From Vicugna vicugna (taxonomy: Eukaryota), in NCBI GenBank assembly GCA_013265495.1, contig MU057632.1, positions 170,054 to 234,053 of the forward strand: a stretch of 64,000 nucleotides of DNA, read 5' to 3'. The position numbers and the translations under genes are program-made. This document shows positions 53,527 through 64,000 of this stretch, one piece after another; positions within the stretch are counted from its first letter, which is position 1; the number at the start of each line of letters is the position of its first letter. A model generated the notes under the pieces. That model worked only from the letters and a program-made list of their open reading frames with translations. It did no database searches and had not been told where the DNA came from.

Positions 53527-53884
53527 TGTAATGGACTGAATGTTTGCTTCCCTACAAAATTCATACATTGAAACCCCAAACCCTCCAACATGATGGTGTT
53601 TGGAGAGTGGCCTTTGGGAGGTGACTAGGTGTAGATGAGGTCATGTGGGCTCTAGTGATGGGATTAGTGCCCTTATAAGAAAAGGAAGCGACACCAGAGT
53701 CTTTTCTCTTCCTACCACGTGAGCTCAGTGAGAAGGCAGTCATCTGCAAGCCAGGAAGAAGGCTCTCACTGAGGAACCAAGTCAGCTGGCGCCTTGACCT
53801 TGGACTTCTAGCTTCCAGAACTGGGAGAAGTAAACACACCCAGTCTGTGGTATTTTGTTATAACAGCCCGAGCTGATTAAGACA
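53527..53884 (+). mobile_element. MLT1A-like MaLR solo LTR
   Basis: tgtaatggactgaatgtttg...ggcctttgggaggtgactagg...gatgggattagtgcccttataag...gccttgaccttggacttctagcttccagaactg...gtattttgttataacagccc...taagaca. Confidence 0.88.
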
Positions 53885-54919
53885 GGTGGCTACTGAGAGG
53901 CTGAGAATCTGGTCAGGTCCAGGTGTGCTTTTGGAGAACTTTCAGAACTTTGGCTTTTCTTACCTGGGAGTCACATCTCTACCCTGACAGCTGCCCTTGC
54001 TCAGACCAGAGAAATGGCTCCTATCCTGAGAGATCCCTTGCCTTCCAGAAAATCTGCCCCTTTCCTCTTCCTTTGGGGTATTTGCATCTTTTAGCGTAAC
54101 TAACTGTTCTGCAACATCTACTTCATTTTTTAAGTGTTCTGCTTTTATGAGCCACTTTACAAATGTATAATGAAGACCATGGCCATGCAGGAGAAAGAGG
54201 TGAGCAATGTGTCTAGCCCCTTGGAGGAGTTTATAACCTGTTTGGGATGGTAAGCTACGTGCACTAGACAACTCATACAATGATGCATGCTAAGTGCATA
54301 AGGGGTGGTCCCTTGAGATGCTCCTCAACCTTTCTGGTACCCCCTCTACCTCACGGGGCCCTCACTGGATGTTTGTTGATATTTCCTTCTGTTCAGAACT
54401 CTGGGTGCAGCAAGAGCTAATCAGCATACTGCTTTATCAACCCATTATAATCAAAATTCTGAAAAAGAGCTAGCTGGAAGGAGGGAAATTGGAGTAAATT
54501 AATTGGCTGATGGTTTTTTCTTAACCTCTTCTTCAGCATCATTGACACTAATTGTGATTGGAGAGTCAATGGCTTCCTACCGCAAGATATCTTGGTATCA
54601 CTGTGGGCTTGTTTTGATGAATCCAAGCCAGAGGATATCACAGTAATTACCAATTTCACGCCTGTGATTTATAGCACCACTCAACAATTTTGTTTTTATT
54701 GGGGGGCCTTCAATGACCTCTCCTCTTTTTCCCATCTTACTAGAATGATAGGATTTTTTGCCATTGGTTAAGAAAGGGTCTTAAGACAGGCTGGGAAAAG
54801 AAAAAGAAAGTGAGGGACAGTTTATTCCTTTTATCTGCGCATGTTTCAGGCAGAATCCACCCCCCCACATGTTTTGGTTTTTGAAGGACATGGAACTTCA
54901 GGGTTGAAATCTACAAACA

Positions 54920-55260
54920 ATACAAAATGAATGTATATACAAAACAGAAACAGACTCACAGACATAAAAAACAAACTAATGGTTACCAGAGGAGAAAGGG
55001 GATGGGAAGAGATAAATTGGGAGTTTGGGACTTGCAGATGCTAACTGCTATACATAAAATAGATAAACAACAAGTTTCTACTGTAGAGCACAGGAAACTA
55101 CATTCAATACTTCGTAGTAACCTAGAATGAGAAATAATAAGAAAAGGAATATGTATATATATGCATGTATAACTGAATCACTGTGCTGTATACCAGAAAC
55201 TAACATAACATTGTAAACCAACTACACTTCACTTTAAAAAAGTTAAAAAAAAATCAAAGA
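54920..55260 (+). mobile_element. L1 3' end
   Basis: aaaacagaaacagactcacagacata...atggttacc...gataaacaacaag...aactgaatcactgtgctgtataccagaaac. Confidence 0.88.
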
Positions 55261-56861
55261 ATAAAAGTCGACAGGAGGCTCTATTAACAGAACATACCAG
55301 CTGTCAGTGCAATCCCTGATAAACAAGAACGTTTACCATCTCCAACGTATGCAAATGTACCCAATGTATGCAAATCAATGACATTGTAACAATATATCAT
55401 TAATAACACTTTTTACACTGAAGAAAAAGTTGAAGTTTTGCCCTTTTGAACATTCAAGTCATGAAGAAAAATCAAATATATGTTAAGATCATTTATTTTA
55501 ATTCTGTTAATTTTATTAGCTATGTGAATCTTCACACAGTACTCTATAAGAAATCTGTCTTGATTCTGGGATATTTATTTGCATCTCTAATTGCTCCTAG
55601 TTATCCATCAAAAGCATTCAAGATCAGACAGGCTGTAAAGTAAATATACTCTTATATTTAGTAAGATGAAGGGCCTGTTCACTGATTAAGTGGAATTAAT
55701 TTAATGAGCTTTTCTGTTGTTCATCTGAACCATTAAACAATAGGTGAATATGTCTTCTATATTCACTGGCTTAAGAAAAACAGATGAGGATTAAAAACAA
55801 GAAAACTACTTGGGAAATTTCCAAATTTAAAACACCCATTTTTATGAACTTTCAGCATAGCACACAGAACATGGCAAATATTTCTCAACTGGATCTAAGG
55901 GTGAACTATCCTGACAGTTGAATCCAAGGAATACTTGGGGGTATTCCTTGTTCCTATCATAATCCATTTCCCTGATGTGTCAATCACCAAGCCACGCTCT
56001 GATCTTAATCTGTTCTTCTGAAATCTCCCTGCTGGAGAGAAAACGCCTTCTCTTGCTATGTCTAGCTTTTTATCTCAGATAGAGACAGTTTTTGTTGTAC
56101 CTAAGCCATTCCTCTTACTTCCCCTTAATAGTATTTGGGATGTTATTTCTGCCAAACGTCTCTGTTCACATCACCAGTATCTTATGCACACCCGCCAAAC
56201 AGCCTCTGATGGGTGATGACCTCCATCCACAAGGTAAATCACCATCATTTGGACTGATCTGGAAAATCACTTAGTGTGGGCAGAACTGATCTGCCACAGT
56301 AACTTGAAACCCTGCTCTGCCCTCCTGCTCGTGCATTTGGTTGTCGCCTTATTCCTACCTGGCAACATGACACCTAATTTGCAGACTGCGGTAGTAATGT
56401 AACCCTGTATGAGCGGACTGGTTCACCATTTGAACTAATAAAGCGTCCCTGGACACAATTAGTGACCAGAGCTGTGGAAATCAGACCCATACATTGACTT
56501 TACAGGATGTTAACAGAACATAGGCTCTGAGCAAAAACGATCCTCTGTTCTGAAGTCAGGCTCTGGCTCAGAACAGAATGCACTGGAGCAAAATGCCTTG
56601 CTTACAACTTCCCAGGCAGTGGGGATGCCTGAATAGCGGTAAAGTGATAGAGTAGTGTCAAGTTGACCTTTTGTAGAATCCAGACAAAGGAAGCCCCAGA
56701 GCGAGGTGTGCTGAGAGTACATCGACTCAGAGTGGAGGGTGGAGTGTGTGGGGTGCTGGACAGAGACACAGGGGACAGGGAATCCATAGACGTGGCTTCT
56801 CCTGTTGAAGCCCAGAGACCCTGGGAAATTTCCTTGGTTGACACGGAAACAGCTCTCTCTC

Positions 56862-56970
56862 CCTTTTTTTTTTAAATTGAAGTCAGTCAGTTACAATGCA
56901 TCAATTTCTGGTATACAGCACAGTGTCTCAGTCATGCATGACATACATATATTTGTTTTCATATTCTTTC
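56862..56970 (-). mobile_element. Short L1 3' terminus
   Basis: polyT-aaattgaagtcagtcagttacaatg...tttctggtatacagcacagtg. Confidence 0.75.
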
Positions 56971-57288
56971 TCCCCCTTCGTGTCTGCAAACCCCCACCAT
57001 TCTCCTCCTTGCTTACCCTCCAGGCCACTCCCTGAAGCCTCCAGGGAGGAAATGCTGTCAGGTCAGGTCCCATCAAGGTGGCCTCACTGGGCGGCTGTGC
57101 CCATAGCAGCCTCTCATCAGGGCCAAAACCCCAGGAGGCTCTCTCTGCAGGTGTGGCTGTGGGAAATCCACCTGCTGCTCCCCCATGTCTCAGCCCCATA
57201 TCTTGGAGGCAGGGAACAGAATTGTATAAAGCAGGGAATTCACGTAATACCTCATAATACAGAGTACACTGAAGGTATAGTTTTTATT

Positions 57289-57423
57289 TCACCTTTTTTT
57301 GGGGGGGGTGGGAGGAGGAGGTGGTAACTAAGTTTATTTTTTATTTAATGGCAGGACTGGGGATTGAACCCAGGACCTTGTGCATGCTAGGCATGCACTT
57401 TACCACTGAGCTATACCTTCCCC
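57289..57423 (-). mobile_element. Vic-1-like SINE
   Basis: Antisense head; TSD CTGAAGGTA(T/C)AGTTTTT. Confidence 0.9.
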
Positions 57424-57677
57424 CTGAAGGTACAGTTTTTCAAAGACTAGTTTTATATATCCAAAATTAGTCTCCTATCAGAAAGTAAAAGTTGTTTATA
57501 CTGTTGATAGTTCCTAGTTCTACTTCTTCTGCTTTTTTACTCTGCTTGTTTGCACAGTAAATGCAGACCCAGTGGAATCTTATCTTCTTCAAGAGCAGAA
57601 ATGCAGTTTATCTTGTCCATTTATATGCCACTAATTCAAAATCAGTGATAATTCTGCTAGAGTTTCGGTAACACTAT

Positions 57678-58090
57678 TTTTATTTTATTGAAGTATAGTC
57701 AGTTTACCATGTTGTGTCAATTTCTGGTGTACAGCATAATGCTTCAGTCATACATATACGTATACATTATATTTCTTTTCATGATAGGTTACTACAAGAT
57801 ATTGAATATAGTTCCTTGTGCTCTATGGTGGAAACTTGTTTATCTATTTTATATATAGTAGTTTGCATCTGCAAATCTTGAACTCCCAGTTACTCCTTCC
57901 CACCCTCTTTCCCCAATGGTAACCAAAAGTTTGTTTTCTATGTCTGTGAGTCTGTCTTGTAGATGAGTTCATTTGTGTCCGTTTTTTTTTTAAAGTTCAC
58001 ATATGAGTGATATCATATGGTATGTTTCTTTCTCTTTCTGCCTCACTTCACTTAGAATGACGATTTCCAGGTCCATCCATATTGCAGCAT
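57678..58090 (-). mobile_element. L1 3' end
   Basis: ttattgaagtatagtcagtttac...gaatatagttccttgtgc...catatgagtgatatcatatggt...tcacttagaatgacg. Confidence 0.88.
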
Positions 58091-59064
58091 TTTTTAAAAG
58101 GGGATTTACTAGACGTATTAAGACAGAAATAAGAGGACAAGAGAAAAGGTTTAACATATTTAAGAGGAAACTGTTTTCAAGATTCTTAATAGTACTTGCT
58201 TGGATTTAAACAATGGAATAATTAGAACCAAACCATCTCATTCATTAAAGAAAACCCAGCAGAGTCTTTATTTGCCAACAGTTTGTTAGCAGAGATTCCC
58301 TAAGAATCGACTCAACGGAAAATGGTAAGAAATATGCCTCCTCCCAAATTCTAATCATTGCCTTTCAGTCATCTTGAATGCTTCCCAAACACTGAGGCAA
58401 TCCTTCCAATAAGCTATGGCTAGCTGAATAAATCAGCATGCGAACGTGTGTCAGTCTGTCCCACACGGAGCTCTAGGCCCCTGTGATCACTGACAGCAGC
58501 CCCCAGCTTAGGAGTAGCATGACCGAGGATCAGAAGGAAGGGTTTTTGGTTGACCCGAGGAGTGTGAGACCCATTTCCACAGCCCTGTCTCCGCCAGTCT
58601 CTTGCTCTGCACTTGTGTGTCCTGTCCTGATCCTTTGTGTATCTCTCTTGTGACCTGCCCTGGTAGACAGCCCACTTGCCTCTCTCCACCTGATACTGGT
58701 CCCTGGGTACCCAGTTCCCCTTCCAGGGAAGAAGTGGGCCAGCACATTGACTTGAACAGGTCACTGTCAAACACCGGGATCATTAATGTGGTCACAGTAG
58801 GGGATTTAAGACACAGTGCAGAAAATGGAGATTCCACTGTGTGTCACTCATTCATTTAGTGGAGAGTGTGGGTTAGGACCATGGAGGGGTCCTGCCACCT
58901 ACCAGCCGTGTCACTTTGGACAATTCAACTTATCCTCCCTGTGTCTCATTTCTCTTTTCTATGAAATGGAGATAAAAATTCCTTCTTGATAGGGTTATTA
59001 TCAAGGTTTACATGACTCACCATTTGTACAGTGGTTAAAACTGTCATTTGTGGGAATCACTTTT

Positions 59065-59403
59065 TAAAAAATTCTTATTTTTTATTGAAGTGTAGTCAAA
59101 TTACAATGTTGGTTTCAGGTGTACAGCAAAGTCATTCAGTTATATATAGACATAGATACATACATACATATTTTCAGTTTCTTCTTCTTTACAGTTCATT
59201 ACAGGACATTGAATATTGTTCCCTGTGCTCTACAGTAGGTCCTTGTTGTTTATCTGTTTTACATACAGTAATGTGTATCTGTTAATCCCAAACTCCTAAT
59301 TTATCCCTCTCCTCCACAATTCCTCCCTGGTATCCACAGTTTATTTTCTGTGTCCATGAGTCTATTTTTGGTTTGTAAGTAAAATTTGTGTCTTTTTTTC
59401 AGA
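59065..59403 (-). mobile_element. L1 3' end inserted at the end of a MIR (MIR ~58860-59050)
   Basis: TSD GGAATC(A/C)CTTTT; MIR core gtgtcactttggacaa...tgtctcatttc...tgaaatggagataa. Confidence 0.82.
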
Positions 59404-60459
59404 TGGAATCCCTTTTATAACTACTCAATAAAATAAGTGCCTTCATTCAGTGTTTATTGACTGCTTACTAACTACCAGGTACTCGGCTAGATGCTGGAGA
59501 TACAGAAGTGGGTGCAGAGCCAAAAATCCCTGCCTACTCGATGCTTCCAGTGATGGAGACAGATAATAAACCTAATACGTAAGCAGGTTCTTCAGAACAT
59601 TCGAAGGTAAGCACTATAGAGAGTGACAAAGGAGGGTAAAGGTGGGGGAGAGTGGCAGGCATCCAGCCTTCAGCAGTAGAGCCAAGTCAACCTTTCGGAG
59701 CAGACTGGTAGTTTAGGGAGTGAGCCACGCAGGTATCTGGTGGGAGAGGCTTTGGGGCAGAGTCACCAGTTGGTGAAAAGCCCTGAGGCGGGGATACAGA
59801 ACCAGGAGGGAGAGTGGCTGAAATGGACGCAGAAAAGGGGATGGGATTAGGAAGAGAGGATTGCTGGGAACCAAGGGCTAGACAGCGGAGGGTCATCGTA
59901 GGAACTCTGGCTTCGACAGTGAGAGATGCGGGGAGAGTGTTCCAGGACTGGCCTCCGGAAGAGCACGCCCCACTGTCTCCTCCCCATAAAGGTAAAGATG
60001 GGTGATCTCCCTGAGAGGAACTGGGTACCCACCCAAGATCCAAGAAGCAGGGAATGAAAACCAGGACAGGACCCACATGTGTGTCTATTCAATGAGGAGG
60101 ACAGGAGTGAGACTCCAAGCTGAGAACGAGGCTCTCCCTGATGCCTGCTCAAGCAGGAGCTTGAAGCTATAAATATATCCTCTCCTCATTAGACGATTTC
60201 CTATAATTACCAGAATCTTTAAGGGGATGCTGTTCTGCTCGCTGCCAGGGGCCAGCCCACAGCTCCTCACGCTTACCTTCAATGCGACCCTGAACTGACA
60301 TGCTGCCAAGAGTGGCCCCAGGGAGGTGAGAGACAACATTAAGTTTATTGGTAGTAAAGGCAAGAAGAACCAGCAGATACAAAAGACATACCTGATTTAT
60401 ATTTTGAAAGATAAATTTAAATAAAACTTCAAAACACATGAAATGTTTTAAATAAGCAT

Positions 60460-60625
60460 TCAGTTATTTATTTATTTACTATTTAAAATTAAAAAAAATT
60501 TTTTTGGGGTAGGGTTTATTCGGTTAATTCGGTTTATTTATTTACTTAATGGCAGTACTGGAGACTGAACCCAGGACCTCACACATGCTAAGCATGTGTT
60601 CTACCACTGACCTCTATCCCCTACC
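60460..60625 (-). mobile_element. Vic-1-like SINE
   Basis: aatggcagtactggagactgaacccaggacctcacacatgctaagcatgtgttctaccactga. Confidence 0.85.
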
Positions 60626-60639
60626 TTTATTTCCTATTT

Positions 60640-61114
60640 TAAATGAAGTATAATTGGCTTACAATATTATATTAGTTTGAGGTTATAACATAGTGACCCA
60701 AAGATTTATGCATTACAAAATGATCACCGTGGTAAGCCTAATTACCATGTCACCATACAAAGTTATTGCAATACTACTGACTGTAGTCCCTATGCTGTGC
60801 TTTATATCCCCATGACATTTATTTTATAACTGGAAGTTTGTACCTCTTAATCTCCCTCACCTATTTCACTCACCCCCCAACTGTTTCCCCTCTGACCACC
60901 AGTTTGTTCTCTGTATCTATGAGTCTGATTCTGTTTTGATATGTTTGTTTGTTTTTGTTTGTCTTGTTTTTTAGATTCAACATATAAGTGACATCATATG
61001 GTATTTGTCTTTCTCTGTCTGACTTATTTCACTTAGCAAAACACCTTCTAGACCCATCCATGTTGTCACAAATGGCAGGATTTCATTCTTCTTTATGGCT
61101 GAGTAATATTCCAT

Positions 61115-61152
<38 letters not shown>

Positions 61153-62690
61153 TGTCTTTCTGTCTATCTATCTATCTATCTATCTCACGTATTTATCCAC
61201 TCATCTGTCAATGAACACTTGGTTGCTTTCCTATTTTGGGTATTACAAACAATGCTGCAGTTAACAATGAATGAACATAGGGGTACATTTATCTTTTTCA
61301 ATGAGTGATTTTGTCTTCTTTGGAAAAATACCCAGAAATGGGATTGCTGGATTGTATGGTAACTCTTTTTAATTTTTTGTGGACCCCTCAAACTGTCTTC
61401 CATGGTGGCTACACCAATTTACATTCCCACCAACAGGGCATTAAGGGCCCCTTTCTCCACATCCTCACCAACACTTGTTACTTATTGTCTTCTGATGATA
61501 GTCATTCTGACAGGTGTGAGGTGACAGCTCACTGTCATTTTTGATTTGCATTTCCCTCATGATTAGTGAACTGATCATATTTTCATGTGCCTGTTGGCCT
61601 TTGTGCATTCTTTGGAAAGTGTCTACTCAGGTCCTATGCTAATTATTTAATGTTTGTTTGTTTTTTTGATGTTGAGTTGTATGGGTTCTTTGTATGTTTT
61701 GGATATTAACCTCTTATCAGATATATCATTTGCAAATATCTTCTTCTCCCATTCAGTAGGATGCCCTTTCATTTTGTAGATTGTTTCCTCACTATGCAGA
61801 AGCTTTTTAGTTTGATGTAGTATTTGTTTATTTTGTTTTTGTTTCCCTTGTTGAGGAGTTATATTCAAAAAAAAAAGTTGCTAAGATCAAATTCAAAGCG
61901 TTTTATGGTTTTAAATCTAACATTTAAGTCTTTCATCCACTTTGAGTTTATTTTTGTATGTGGTGTGAGACAGTGGTCCAATTTGATGCTTTCCCATGTA
62001 GCTGTCCAATTTTCCTAACACCAACACTGTTTATTGAATAGACTCTCTTCTTCCCAATGTGTATTCTTGCCTTTTTTTTGTAGATGAATTGACCATATAA
62101 ATATGGATTTCTGGACTTTCTATCCTGTTCCATTGATCTCTGTGTCTGTTTTTTTTGTGCCAGTACCATACTGTTTGATTACTGTAGTTTTGATAGTGAT
62201 TTCACTGACTCTGTAGATTGCTTTGTGTAGTTTTGTCACTTTAACAATATTAATTCTTCCAATCCATGAGCAAGTACATCATTGCATTTGTTTCTGTCAT
62301 CTGAATTTTCTTTCCTCAATGTCTTACTGACTTAGGACAGGTCTTTTACCTCCTTGGTTACTATTCTTAGGCATTTTATTCTTTTTGATGCTACTATAAA
62401 TGGGGTCATTTTCTTAATTTCTCTTTATGATTTTCTTTTTCTTTTCTGATTGCTGTGGCTAGGAATTCCAATGCCATGTTGAATAAAAGTGGTCAGAGTG
62501 GGCATCCTTGTCTTATTGCTGATCTTCGAGGAAATGCTTTCAGCTCTTCACTCTTGAGCATGATGTGAGCTGTGGGTTGGTCAAACATGGCCTTTATTAT
62601 GTTGAGGTACACTCCTTCTTGTTTCATGAGGTAGGCTTGTATCACTACGAAATTCCTTCTTAGAACTGCTTTTGCTGCATCCCATAAATT
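60640..62690 (-). mobile_element. L1MA9-lineage-like L1 (ORF2 remnants and 3' UTR) containing (TG)n(TCTA)n
   Basis: Antisense ORF2 remnants (ORF 61647..61868 ...KGHPTEWEKKIFANDISDKRLISKTYKEPIQLN); microsatellite at ~61115-61183. Confidence 0.88.
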
Positions 62691-62699
62691 AACATTTAA

Positions 62700-63088
62700 A
62701 AAAAATTGAAGTATAGTTGGTTTACAATGTTGTGTTAATTTCTGGTGGACAGCATAGTGATTCAGTTATATATTCCTTTTCATATTCTTTTTCATTATAG
62801 GCACTATTACGAGGAATATAGTTCCCTGTGCTATACAGTAGGACCTTGTTATTTCTCTCTTTTATATATAGTAGTGTGTATCTGCTAATCTCGAACTCCC
62901 AATTTATCACTTCCCTCTTCCCCTTTCCCTCTTGGTAACCATAAGTTTGTTCTCTATATCTGTGAGTCTGTTTCAGTTTTGTAAATAAGTTCATTTGTGT
63001 CCTTTTTTTTTTTTTTAGATTCCACATATGAGTGATGTCATATGGTATTTTTCTTTCTCTTTCTGGCTTACTCCACTCAGTATGACAA
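62700..63088 (-). mobile_element. Younger L1 3' end
   Basis: ttgaagtatagttggtttacaatg...agattccacatatgagtgatgtcatatggtatttttctttctctttctggcttac. Confidence 0.88.
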
Positions 63089-64000
63089 ACTTGAAGAGAC
63101 TTTTAAGCAGCACTGAGCTGTGCAAAAGAGGGTAGTGGATGACATCTGGGCATGCAGAGCACTTTCAGCATCTCAGCACCCTCAGGTTGAGGCATGACTC
63201 ATAGAATTTGAGTGTGATTGTTTGCTTTGGTGATTTTTTTCTGTCTGTTGAAAAGAGAACCTACTTAAATAATGTTTTTGTTCATTTAAAATATCAGTCT
63301 TATAAAAAATGTCTAGTCACCATAGTTGTTAGATATTTCCATCTTATAATTAAAAGAAATTTGTTGGCCACCAATAGAAACATAAAAATGAATTCTGGCT
63401 CTGGCTAAGGTTAAATTATGTTGAAATTTTATTTCATGCTTCTCTATTTCTGAATATTACTGAGTCAAGAGAAAGAGTAAACTCTTACTTCAGCTGGATT
63501 TTTCTTGGAGATTTTCCCAAGCAATTAATGCTTCTTCTCTTTGGTTTTCCTGATCTCACCTCCTGACAATCCCAAACTTTGATTTTTAAATTTTTATCCC
63601 TAGCTATCATTTGATGACATCAAGGGAAGCACACATATTTAGGTAACTGAAACTTAGAAAAAAATTAAAATAATTATCTTCCTTTAAAATTATTCTATCC
63701 TAATGATGCAAATGTTTATGCCAATGATTGGACTCATATTGATATTTGCTGCTTAGGTATCAGACCAGGATTATTTATGTCAGAAGTTAAAGGCTAAGGG
63801 ATGACTGTTTTAGGGTGAACAACAGCTTGGGTGGGTGGCTCTCAAGGTGCAGAACAATACATATGATTTAGGAGCCAACTTTGGTCCAACTAATGATTGC
63901 TGGAAAGAGAACCGATATTCTGGGAAGATGTGAGATTCCTGCAAAGCACTGATCTCATACAACCTTGGATGTTCCTGTAGACGAAAGGAACTATGCCTTC

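Noticed and set aside
55925..55950. 10-bp stem hairpin CAAGGAATAC-N6-GTATTCCTTG (also the 18-bp AT palindrome at 31698-31715)
   Set aside because: Too short for a pre-miRNA or MITE; expected occasionally by chance in 64 kb.

Overview
Mammalian genomic DNA, almost certainly camelid (camel, llama or alpaca). About 19 copies of a tRNA-Ala-derived SINE match the camelid Vic-1 family, and many cetartiodactyl-type L1 3' ends are present. The whole window lies inside the voltage-gated potassium channel gene KCNQ5 (Kv7.5), transcribed on the minus strand. Three consecutive coding exons have canonical AG/GT boundaries and splice in frame: 42648-42774 (127 bp, S2 and the CCC linker), 12149-12324 (176 bp, S3-S4) and 11562-11687 (126 bp, S5 to pore helix). 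By comparison with the human gene as I recall it, these are exons 3-5. The rest is intron: L1, L2, MIR, MER2, MER20, MER21, MLT1, two ERV1-like solo LTRs, microsatellites and one 106-N gap. I found no support for a new multi-gene system. The most unusual structures are: (1) a 286-bp identical tract shared by two otherwise diverged, independently inserted solo LTRs, probably ectopic gene conversion; (2) an L1 with two internal deletions that fuse ORF1 in frame to ORF2; (3) a near-perfect 56-bp direct repeat 847 bp apart; (4) an old local duplication beside exon 5; (5) a possible intron-4 read-through isoform ending in a camelid SINE. Repeat family names come from recognising consensus motifs by eye, and repeat boundaries are approximate.
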